Below are positions 24,809 through 36,139 of a stretch of DNA of 64,000 nucleotides, piece after piece; position 1 is the first letter of the stretch, and each line of letters starts with the position of its first letter. The stretch is from Octopus sinensis (lineage: Eukaryota), in NCBI RefSeq assembly GCF_006345805.1, contig NC_043015.1:35340001-35404000 (forward strand). The letters run 5' to 3'. The notes under the pieces were generated by a model. That model did no database searches. It was given only the letters and a program-made list of their open reading frames with translations, and was not told the origin of the DNA. The position numbers and the translations under genes are program-made.

Positions 24809-24897
24809 AGATTTGGATGTTGGTGCTGTGGTTTTTTCATAGATTTCACCTGTTAATTTTTGCAGGGCAACTTCAGGTGGAATGTTACACGCTGACA
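24809..24897 (-). CDS. DNAH1: DNAH1 coding exon 3
   Basis: TTTGTATTTCAACAG|TG...TCT|GTTAGT, phase 1 to 0. (V)SACNIPPEVALQKLTGEIYEKTTAPTSKS is in register with human VGSFEVPEDFQERMEQQCIGSTTRLLAQT. Similarity is weak, but phases fit both neighbours. Confidence 0.7.
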
Positions 24898-25356
24898 CTG
24901 TTGAAATACAAAGCAAAATATTGTGACATATATAGCAAAACATGGAATATTGTGAAATTAGAGGTAGAATAATGGAATAAGTAAAATATATAGTTGACGA
25001 TAGAAATATTGTGGAATGTGTAAAAAAATATTGAAGTATTGTGAAGTATGAAATATGGTGGGATATTGCTTAAATATTGATGGAAAATGAAAAAACTGAA
25101 TCATGGACTTAAGAAAAAAAATAAGAAAAAATTGACACATCTGGCCATAAATAATACTTCAAAGAAATATTATAACAGACACTTAAATAGTAAGTATTCA
25201 TACTTTATCATTAACCATATTAGCCTGAAGGTTGAAAACAAGAAAAAAAATTTCAAATAAAAAGATTAGTTGTGTATTCCGATTAGTTTTAATGTTTTTG
25301 TATATAATGTAAACGGTATTATAACACAATCTATTAAACTTTTATTACACTATATA

Positions 25357-26025
25357 TGAGGTGGTATCAAAAAGTTCCTGGACCAGTTATGTTTAATAAA
25401 AAAATAACTTATTTATCAAAGTTTAAACATCATCTCCTTCAAAATAGTTACCATGTGCAGCCATACACCAGTCCCTTAATTCCTGCCACTTTGGAATCTG
25501 GCCTGGAAGTCATTTCCATAAGCAAGTTGAGGACCTTCTGCAATCCACTCTTGATCTCAACAACAGTGATAAAACAGTGACCATTGAGCTACATTTTCAT
25601 CTAAGGAAAGAGATAGAAGTCTGCAGGTGCTAAATCTGGTGAATAGGTTGGGTGCAGAAGTGATACCATGTTGTTTTTGGCAAGAAACACACAAGTAACG
25701 AGAGCTCAGTGACAAGGTTCATTGCTATGAAGAATCCAGTTCTTTGCTCTCCACAGATCGAGTCAGTTTCACTGAATGTCCTCCCTCAAATATTTCAAAA
25801 CATCACAGTAGAACTCTCAATTGATAGTGTGGTCCCAGGGAATGAATTCTTGATGCACAAAACTGCAAATGTCAAAGAAATTGATGAATATTGCTCTTGA
25901 CTGAGCTGTGGCTTCTTCGGTTGTGGAGATGAAGGGCTCTTCATTGTGATGACTGCTACTTCGTCTCAGGGTATAACCAACAGACCCAACTCTCATCACC
26001 AGTAATGATCCTTGACATGAAGGAT
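25357..26025 (-). mobile_element. Degenerate mariner transposon remnant
   Basis: A mariner-type end at 25357. The minus strand encodes IITGDESWV..YPETK*QS and further decayed DD34D transposase. Confidence 0.75.
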
Positions 26026-26239
26026 TTTTAAGAAATGTTTCAGCTGTGTTCTTAAAAATATTATCTCAGAATAACAGCTAATGCTATAGATTTTATATCA
26101 TGCAGCTGTTGCAAACATTAAAATTCCAAACTGCATCAAAATGCAACATACTGGCAAAGCTTTACTTACTAAAACAGTGGTCAGTGTTGTATCTTCTTAC
26201 AACAATGGTTTTTGCACCTCCACACTATAAAGTTATACC

Positions 26240-27700
26240 CCCCTCCCCGCCTTACTTAAGCTCGTTCTTCAGTACTTGATCCCATGTTTTTCTGAGTTTC
26301 CCACTTCCACATGTTCCATCCACTTTGATGGATCAACACTTCTTTATGGAGCTTTCAGCATCCATACACATCCCATGGACCAGTGCAGTCTTCTTCCTTG
26401 CACACAGCAACCAATTCCTCTAGGGCCTGACTTCTCTCTCATAACATTGGCACTTCGTTAAAGAGGTACACTTACATTACACATCCAGTGAGACATTCTA
26501 GCCACATTCCTATCTAAACTTTACATATCCTCTGCATTCAGGGACCTCATCTCACCACCATTGTTGTCTGTATACATGCATCATACAATGTTTCTTTCAC
26601 TTAGAGAGAGAAAACGTTCGTGGCCAATAGAGGTAACAGCTCTCTGAATTTCCTCCATCTTTTTCTTATTCTAGCTATCACAATTTCCATAATCCTCTCC
26701 CACTACTAATTTGATTGCAGAAATTATCTACTACCTCTAATGAGCCACCAGGGCATTTGAAAGAATCAATTTCCCAAGTCTCTAAGGTTTTTATGGATCC
26801 TGTGTAACCTGCGCATATGAAAACTATCTTCTCTCATAACCTTCCAGTTAACTCACTGTACCTCTTTCATGTCCATAGCACTGGATACACTGTATAGAGT
26901 TTCTGCCTACATCTTTCCTTCAAATGGAACAGAGCCACCTACCTGAGTGGGTTAGGGTTCTATTAGTTTTCTTGCTTATTAGGATTAAGCTTTGCCAAGT
27001 TACTCTTAAGGCCCTTAAATTTCAAGTTTTGCCTCCACACCTGGAATTTTTCATCTAGCTCTGATATGGAATCCACTATGAAGTCCAGATCATCAGCATA
27101 TAGTAGTTCCCAGGGACTGCCAATCTTGAATTTCTCTTAATATATGGAGGACAATGATGGAAAAGAGGGAACTAAAGACTGAGCTTTTATGAACCCCTAC
27201 CTGTATACCAAATTCTTTGCTGTACTTGTGGTTAACTCTCACCTTACTAACAGTGTCTTCATACATGGCCTATACAGCTTTCACCAGCCACTCATCTATC
27301 CCTAGCCTCTTCAGAGCTCGCCATATCACACAGTGGGGCACTCTATCAAAGGTTTTCTCTAGATCAATGAATGCCAAGTATAATGGTTTATTCTTAGCTA
27401 AGTACTTCTTTTGCAGTGGCCTGACTATGAAAATAGCATCAGTCAAGCTTCTTCCCCAGACAAAGCTGAATTGCATTTCATCTAGCCTAATTCTGCTGCT
27501 AATTAATTGGGCTATGACTCTCTCCATAATTTTCATCACCCTGTCTAGGAGTTTGATGCCTCTGTAGCTGCTTCTCTCCAACACATCGCCTTTACCCTTG
27601 TAGCAGCTAACATTTACGCTGCTACACCAGTCCCTGGGTATTACACTTTCCTGAATGACCTGATTAACTACATGGCTGACCAGCCTGTATCCTACCTTAC
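26240..27700 (-). mobile_element. 5'-truncated RTE LINE, decayed reverse transcriptase
   Basis: YKGKGDVLERSSYRGIKLL, DEMQFSFVWGRSLTDAIFIVR, LYLAFIDLEKTFDRVP, ELLYADDL. Confidence 0.9.
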
Positions 27701-29721
27701 TGGATATTTGGAGCATCACATCTGTGATTCCTGATGGACATAAGTTAAATTGTGAAAGGAACATTGAAACTGACAAGCAAAGGCAGTAAATGGTAAAAAG
27801 AATAAACATTACATACTCAATGGATGTAAAATACATAACATTTTATACACACTCATAGAGACATAACTACAGTTAAAGTAGAAGGATAAACTTGACAAAT
27901 AATTTGTTGGAGGAGGTGAAAAAGTATTAGATTTACAAAGCCATATATAAATATATATATTATATATCAGATATATACAGTAGATGTCACTGAAGCTGTA
28001 TTTAATTAAAATAGTAATCTATGTATCATATTTAATGTATACAAGCTGTCAGTTACTTTAGTATTTATCCTCGGAAGACATCTCTTATGGACTTAATGCA
28101 TTTAAAACCACATGATCCCTGATGTGATCATATATGTATATATACAAACTTGATTGAGGATATGTGATTGTATGTATAGTGTATATTTATGTAATGGTAT
28201 TAACTAATGTATATGCAGATAAGTTAGTGTGTATTCTTGCATCAAACATGGCAATAGTTTATATTTTCCTACCCCAAAGTATGATTTCTTATCTAAACGA
28301 TCTTCCTGGATATGTTTTAAATGACTATTCCTGCTTGTTGTGATGTTAGGACTATAAGCAAATTAAGGTAACAACTTGAAAAATAGGACTGCTTTGACCT
28401 CACTGCTCTCAGCAAATCCATTAGCTTATTCACTTTCTCTGTAATTTTGATTGTTCTATATTAAAATAACACTTTTCTTATCATGCTAGTTGATAAATAG
28501 GTCATTTAATGGTTTTACTTTGCCTGTTTTTATTAAATTAACTTGAAGATAGTGGATTTTTGCTATGATGTAATCTGAGAAGTCATCAATAAAGTGCTAC
28601 TAAAACAGCTGCAGTAGATTTTTAACCCCACCTGTGTTCCTCTTAGATATGTGTGCACATGCACACATGTGTGTGAGTGTGTGTGCATACTGTATGTATA
28701 CACACACACACCAACACATACGTGCGCACACATGCACACACTTCTGTATATGCATGCTGATTGAAGCAGCTGGAATAATAAACTTAAGATAGATTTACTG
28801 CATCATTTCATTGGATTTGGATAGACAAAAACATGAGGAATTAGACCAACACCAATAAGTTTATAATAACAACATCAGTAGCAACAACAAAAAACAATTG
28901 TGTAGACACTTATTAGAAAAGAAACCGTTTTTTTTTTATGTTTTTATCCAATATTTTAATTAAACATATTTGCCTCTCTTAAAAGAACCTCTTTGTTTCA
29001 TATGCGTAGAAATATTACTTTCTGAGATAAGAAACCAACATATGTCCTACAGGGGACCCAATAGATGACTCCAACCTAAATTCACAAAGACAATTCCTTA
29101 ATCAGCTTCAATAATACCAAACTTTTGCCTCCTACTTGTTCCCCTCCCGTTTTCTTTATTCACATTCTTATTCTTTTCCTTATCAAATTTAGACCTTTTC
29201 ACATTCACATAAATTATTTCTTCACAAATATATTTTCCCTTTTGTTCTTTCTCTCTGTGCTTCCCATGCATTTTCAATCACATCTCCTGTGAGTTAACAT
29301 GGGATCCCTTGACAATGTAAACTTCGTTTGATTAAGGTATCTTTGGCCCAACAAGTAGCTAGCAGATTACCCTTTATTTGAGTAATTGCTACTTCTAAGG
29401 TTCTGCTAGCTATGAAACATATGTAGCCTGGATTTTATCTACTCCATTCCCAAATTTGGGATTTGCATTTGCACACACATCTCCAGGTCGACTTTGACTT
29501 TCATCCTTTCGGGGTCGATAAATTAAGTACCAGTTACACACTGGGGTCGATGTAATTGACTTAATCCCTTTGTCTGTCCCCTCTATGTTTAGCCCCCTGT
29601 GGGCAATAAAGAAATAACAATATCTCCACTTGCTAACCAAGAACTATAAAATATTTCTTTTCAGTTTATCGAATTTTGATACAAGAAAAATTTACAACCT
29701 TCGATGTCAATAAACTACTAT

Positions 29722-30147
29722 TGTACATTATTTACATTAGACGGATATTTGTCCTCATCTTATTTGTTGTTAACACAAGGTTTTGGCTGATATACCTTCT
29801 AGCCTTCATCAGGCGTCTTGGGAAAATTTTGAATCTGGGTTCTCATTCCTAAGGTATTTTTCGATGTTATTATTATTATTACTGCTCAGGCCACTACTTG
29901 GAATCGAACTCAGAATCTTGGGGTTAAGAGTGCGGGCTACTAACCCCAAGATTCTAAGTTTGATTCCAGGCAGTGACCTGAATAATAATAATAACAACAA
30001 CAACATCGAAAAATACCTTAGGAATGAGAACCCAGGTTCGAAATTTCCTCAAGACACCTGATGAAGGTTGGAAAGTATATCAGCTGAAACATTGTGTTAG
30101 CAACAAACAAATGAGGACAAATATCCCTTAATTGTAAATAATGTACA
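29722..30147. mobile_element. 426-bp palindrome: head-to-head inverted pair of a tRNA-headed element carrying a hammerhead-like motif
   Basis: Arms 29722-29926 and 29941-30147 are reverse complements around a 14-nt spacer. B-box AGTTCGATTC lies at 29901-29910 (-). CTGATGA-stem-GAAA cores lie at 30054-30097 (+) and 29773-29816 (-). Confidence 0.85.
30054..30097 (+). ncRNA. Minimal type-I hammerhead-ribozyme-like motif (degenerate)
   Basis: ACAC-CTGATGA-A-GGTTG[GAAAGTATAT]CAGCT-GAAA-CATT-GTGT. Stem I is ACAC/GTGT and stem II has 5 bp; stem III is mutated from an inferred ACGT palindrome. Confidence 0.55.
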
Positions 30148-30265
30148 TAATTCCTCATCTCTTAAATATAGAAACCACTATTGTTCCTGAAAGTTGTTTT
30201 TTATACCTTCTACTGACTGCTCAAAGCTTACTGATTTCCTGCACCTTAAATCCTTGGATCTTACC

Positions 30266-30351
<86 letters not shown>

Positions 30352-30882
30352 AAGAGTACACCTTGAGTGCAAGCTTGATGAAGTGCCTCTCTAATGTCTA
30401 AAACCACAAACATTACATAAACTTTCATTTTGAAGTTTTGCATAAACCTGTGTTGCAAGCAGAGTTGGTACAGACACAATTGTAATGGTTCATTAAAGAT
30501 GTGTCAAAGGATTTCTTTGTCTTATCATTATTTGGATTATAGTTTGCTCTTCACCACACAACAGTTTTCTCATTGCAGAACTAGGATTTTCTGCACTGGA
30601 AGAATTTCAGTATTAGCCTGGAATCCAACAGTGTTGATAGCCTAGAACTCAGGTTTAGTGCTTCTTTGGAAATGCCTTACCTTTACGCCCTACCATGACC
30701 TAAGATGTGTGTGTGTGTGTATGCATGTATATATACACATGCACACACACACACACACGGTGGCTTAACCTACTGTGTGTGTGCCAAACTGACAGGTAAA
30801 ATCAGCTGAAATGAATCTATAATATTGTATAGGACAAATATTAATACATATGTATTTAGAATACATTTAAAAATGGCTTTAC

Positions 30883-30958
30883 CTTGTGGTGAGTATTTCA
30901 CTTTTTGAATATTCCATAGAGTATTCTGTCTGATATTTTGTGGTTCAACAATTACAGG
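30883..30958 (-). CDS. DNAH1: DNAH1 coding exon 2
   Basis: CTTCATTACAG|CCT...CAAG|GTAAAG, phase 0 to 1. PVIVEPQNIRQNTLWNIQKVKYSPQ resembles human MSQNLLRQADLDKFTPR. An alternative in-frame acceptor exists at 30997. Confidence 0.65.
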
Positions 30959-32556
30959 CTGTAATGAAGTGAAATATGAATGAGTCTTCTGGCAGAACTT
31001 TTAAAGAATAAATTAAATATACTACAATTTAAATTCATGAAGAAATGCATATTTACAAATTTATCAATAAGATCTATGTGTATAAATGTTTGATTGCAAA
31101 AGCATGTGCACTTTTGTATGAGCATACATATACCCTCTATATACACATGTGTCTGCATGTATGTGTTTGTTTCTGTTTCTCCTTGCTGAGTATGTGTGTC
31201 AGCATTTTGTATATGCATGTGTGTGTGTATGTGTCTTTATTAATGCATATACAAAGGTGTGTCTGTTGTGTGTGCACAATAGTGTCCTTCTGGTTGACTA
31301 CAAAGATGAAGTTTATACTGGTATAAATATGAAGTCAAGTGAGACAGACTGACAGTTAATTATCTTTCACTACTTGTCATCAACATTTTAATCATCATTA
31401 TCATCAACATTTGTGTCAAGCTTTATCTTCACCATTGTTGTTAACTTCAATGGTTTTTTCTTAACTCTTACTTTGTGCATTATTGAAATTCAGAACTTTT
31501 GAAGATTTCTGATTATGAAATAAACTGAGATATAGTACAAAACTGAAAGCAAGAACACAAGTTGCGAAAAGTGAATGTAGACACAGTAGGAGTCTCCAAA
31601 GTACAAATTCATCAGGTAAGTTATCATATCTAGTTTGTAAGGAAGTAACTTGATACCATCCCTGAGGATGTGAGATAGTAAAGACTGATAATTTTCAGAA
31701 ATATATAGGTTCTGTTATTTAACTAGCTTCATTGTGAAAATAGACCTATAAATTATAAGTTAAAGAAGTAGATTAGATGGAAACGTAGAAATTCCTAGCT
31801 TCAACAAAATGGTTAACTTCATGAAGTAGAGGGTGAAAGATCGAGGGCTTGCAGCAAATAGACAGAAATGAGGTATTGTTTCTCATGAGTGACACACAAG
31901 AGGTACTCATATCATTCATCTGTAGAAACCAAGCCAAAATAGACTGGAGCATGATACAGCTCTCTGGCTTACCAATACCAGTCAAACTGGCTAATCTATG
32001 CTTGCATGGAAAATGGACACTAAATGATGATAATGCAATGTAAACGGCAAGGCATTTTATGTTATCTAAGACTGTATCAAGCACTTACAAAGGTTATTTG
32101 TATAATAGGGATGAATGAAACATTAACATACAACGGTATGGATTTGAGAACTTAAATTCTCAGTTTATATTATCATTAGTAATTAATGTTACAAGATGAA
32201 GCATATTTTTAATGCTGTGTCATCAGCTCCATGAGTAATGCTAGCAATATTAGAGAAATTCTCAATTATGTTAGATAATTAACTGAGAAAGTAATTAGAT
32301 ATTTCAGTAAAAAAAGTGTTTTAAAATTAATTTATTGTTAACATATCTTAAAGCATGCTTGAAAAGCAACATTTTTTTATTACACAATTTTTTAGAAGAC
32401 ATTGTTAACTGAATTTAGCCCCCGTTTATTTATATTTGTGATCAAAGTGTGACAAAAAGCAACATTTATTTGAGCAGGATTTAAAATCAAAACTGCAAAG
32501 CATTGCACTCAGCACAACAAAGCATCAAGTCCAATGGCTTGCTTTCTTGGTCATTT

Positions 32557-33190
32557 TCACGAGGGAACCTGTGGAAGAGGCAGACCCAGGAACACCTGGG
32601 ACAAGGTGGTGAAGCACGACCTTCGAAATTTAGGTCTCACCAAGGAAATGACTAGAGACCGAGACCTTTGGAAATATGCTGTGCATGAGAAGACCCGGTA
32701 GGACAAGTGAGACCATAACCTGTGGCCTCTACATGGGATGTAGCCAGTCCACTTATGCATACCTTTCCTTCTTGGGACACAAAACTCTACTTGTGAAGAT
32801 CTGTTGAGGCAAGTGAAAATCCAAATCAAAATCGAAATCAATCAACATCAATGGAAATTGCAGCTGTGATACCAGTGCCAGTGGTACGTAAGAGAACCAT
32901 CCGAACGTGGCCATTGCCAGCGCCGCCCCGACTGGCCTCATGCCGGTAGCACATAAAAAGCACCATCTGATTGTGGCTGTTTGCCAGCCTCGTCTGGCAC
33001 CTGTGCGGGTGGCACGTAAAAAGCACCCACTACACTCACGGAGTGGTTGGTGTTAGGGAGAGCATCCAGCCGTAGAAACATTGCCAGATCAGACTGGGCC
33101 TGGTGCAGCCTTCTGGCTTCCCAGACCCCAGTTGAACCGTCCAACCCATGCTAGCATGGAAAGCGGATGCTAAATGATGATGATGATGAT
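32557..33190 (+). mobile_element. RTE LINE 3' end (ORF C-terminus plus 3' UTR with tandem units and (GAT)n tail)
   Basis: RGTCGRGRPRNTWDKVVKHDLRNLGLTKEMTRDRDLWKYAVHEKTR runs directly into the shared RTE-tail body, linking the abundant short copies to an RTE LINE. Confidence 0.88.
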
Positions 33191-33227
33191 AAATATAATG
33201 AAAATCCATATTTATAAAGACAATAAC

Positions 33228-33419
33228 CAATGATTTGTTTGAATCTTTTGCAATAATCTCAGAATAATATCCTTGTTCCTTCAAATCTGTTGGCTGCTCT
33301 TGTTCTTTCTTCTGTTTTTTCAGATTTGTTATTGAATTCGTTTGACTGGCCAAAGACCGACGTCGACTCATAGATATACTTGCTAAGCTTTTAATTGGTG
33401 CCAATAAATTGGGGTCCAT
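33228..33419 (-). CDS. DNAH1: DNAH1 first coding exon (acceptor at 33440, ATG at 33419)
   Basis: TTTTTATTTCAG| is followed by 21 nt and AAAATGG. MDPNLLAPIK...QPTDLKEQGYYSEIIAKDSNKSL|GTTATT (phase 0); LKEQGYYSEII resembles human LMKQRGFYSDIL. The donor is weak. Confidence 0.7.
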
Positions 33420-36139
33420 TTTTACTTGATTTTTAAAAATCTGAAATAAAAAATGTTTATATAAATTTTATAAAATAAAACAATTTTTAATTTGCATTTT
33501 ATAATATTTCATTGGAAAAGGATAGGATAAATGTCTATCTTATACAGAATATGCCTACATATCAATCATAGCATATTTAAGTCAAATCAGTCTGTTCCTT
33601 CCACAAAAACTGGAAGAATAAAGCATAGAAATCAATGAATTCATTCACCATCTCATTCTGACTTTTCTATCACTTACTGTTTGAAGAAAATTAGTTTCAA
33701 TGAGCATCACTTCTTTCTAATTTGAATGAATTTGGTAGTTTAAACTCAGCCAGATCTCAAGCAGTTTCATCGGCCCTATGATCTGGTAACAAACACTAGT
33801 TGAATGAGATTTTTTTTTCAAAGTCCTGAGTCGGAATCTCACTGATTGATCCAGTTTAATTCTTGCTTCTTTTATTACTTCATCTTCCCTCAGTTTCATG
33901 TTGATAATCTCAAAGTCTGAGATGTCTGTTACCTTTCAGTACATCCAACTGCTGTCAAAATGGCTCAAAAACCAATATATAAAGCAACAGAATCAAAGCA
34001 AAACTCTTAATGGATTGGATGTCTGATACTAAATTGTTTGACAACACCACACTCTACAGGCTGCTCTTCAAAGTTAAACCGAAAAACTGCACCTATAATA
34101 CCTCCATATTTACTGGAAGTCTTACAAAGAAGAAACTGAAAGACTCTTCATGGCTTGAACTGAAAACCATCAAAAATCATTAATTAGAGGAGAAACAGCT
34201 AAGTCAGGAATAGTTAAGCATTTGGTTTAAATTGGATTTGGTACTTACATATCTACAATATCCTACCAATACCTGATACTTTAATAGTTGTTTTACATCA
34301 CTGTGATCCCAATGTTATTACGTGCTGAGATGTGCATAGAATCTATTGAATCATATAATTAGATATCACTAGAGAATGCCATACAATAGAGACTTCTTGC
34401 TTCATCATTTTTATGCCAAAATATTTCCTGACGAAAATTATGTCATATGAAAGTTTTGAATGTGAACTTTTTTCTCATATAGTTTTAATTAAATTCTGAC
34501 AATTACAGGTCATGTCAGTGTTCCTCAAACACATTTATAAAGTTTGTCCATTTTTTTTTTTTAACTGTTAAATGGTAGCCCTCATTCTAGCTCAATGTGC
34601 TTGAGTGCCATAACTGTCATGAAGAAGAAGGCTTACACTATATCTTGATATAAAAACCGATGGGGATAGGTCAGAAAATTGTGGTGAAATATAAAAGTTA
34701 AATTTTCAATGTTAATTTTCACTTAGAAAAGGACATGTCTTCTTCAAGATTTTCTCATGAATTCAATGTGGTTAATGATAATTCTGGCCATGATATGATG
34801 GAAAAGCCATAAAGTAAGTAACGAGGTTGGTATACTGACCCTATTTGCCAAACAATATATTCGCACACGGTGAGAGGACAAACGGAACACAAATCCAAGG
34901 CTTCAAGTTTTGAGCCAGAATATCAAGAAATGGATGAACTAATTACTAAGAAAATTATATTACTACAAAAAATGCACTAAATTGAGTTTAATATGTCTCA
35001 TAGAGCCCATAATTAGCACAAAATCATAGTATTTAGAATGTTGTTTATTCCTGCTCCTTGTTTTAACATGACGAGAGCTACTAGATAAATCTAGAGGATA
35101 ATCTTGTAAATGTAAATTTCATTTTGAGAAATACTGGTCAAATTCTAGCAATAAAAATGAATATAATTTTGTAGACTATTAGAGTTAAATGTTTTTCTTT
35201 TTCCCCCCAAATTTGAATACAATTTGTGCATTCAATTTGGACTTTTTTCTGTCTTCTACTAACAAGTTTGCTGTAAGTTAATGCAACTGCCTTTAATTTA
35301 ATTTTTAATGCTTATAGCAAGGAATTAATTTCATTTCCACATTCTGTTTATTTTTTAATCTAGGTCTCCATGCAAATCTGAGAAAGGTATAAGGCAGTTG
35401 TGAGATGTGCTAGAAACAATAGCTAAATCTCCCTTGAATCACACATCTTTTTGCTTGAAAATATTTAAGTTTTTTTCTACCTAAAAGGCTTCACCAATAA
35501 TTTTTAAGTGTGTAGTGCAAAAAAAAAAAAATGGTCAAAATCGGTCTAGGTGTGGGTGGGAGTGTAGCGATGTATCATAAATCTGCCAAATTTTTTTTTC
35601 ATAAAAATCTGACTCCCATCCTTTTGAAGACCATGATTAAAAAATAATTGGAAAAAGCCCAATCAAAATGGAGAAAATTCAATTTATTTGGCTGTTCTGA
35701 TAAAAAATTCTACCATCTATGGCCATTTTATAAAGTCCATATAAATTTTATTGAAATGTTGTCATGTTCCAAAATCTCAGGATTTATTTAGTTCAATACT
35801 AACTAAAAATGTGCCAAAACTCAAGTTCTAGTGGCCTGTAGATTTAGCTATGTCTGAAAACACTGCAAAATCAAGTGTTTGTTACACATAACAAAATATC
35901 CTTTACATAAATATTTAAAATATACTTTTTTAACTTCTTCTATAAGCACAAGGCCTGGAATTCTTGCGGAGAGGGATAACTGACATCATTAACCCTAGTA
36001 CTTGACTGGTACTTATTTTATCAACCCAAAAGAATGAAAGGTAAAGTGAACTTAAATGGAATTTGAAGCACAATCTCAGTCAATGAGTCATTGGACAGCA
36101 AAATCTTTTCCAGAATCCACAAGGCCAGTCAAGAACATG

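Noticed and set aside
31472-31542. Possible extra DNAH1 exon (good AG acceptor and AAA|GTAAGA donor)
   Set aside because: Its length (71 nt, or 53 nt from the inner acceptor) is not a multiple of 3 between two phase-0 junctions, and the protein alignment needs no extra residues.
33036-33227. 3' part of the 127-aa ORF 33036..33419
   Set aside because: It runs past the donor into intron and antisense RTE-tail sequence; only 33228-33419 is treated as DNAH1.
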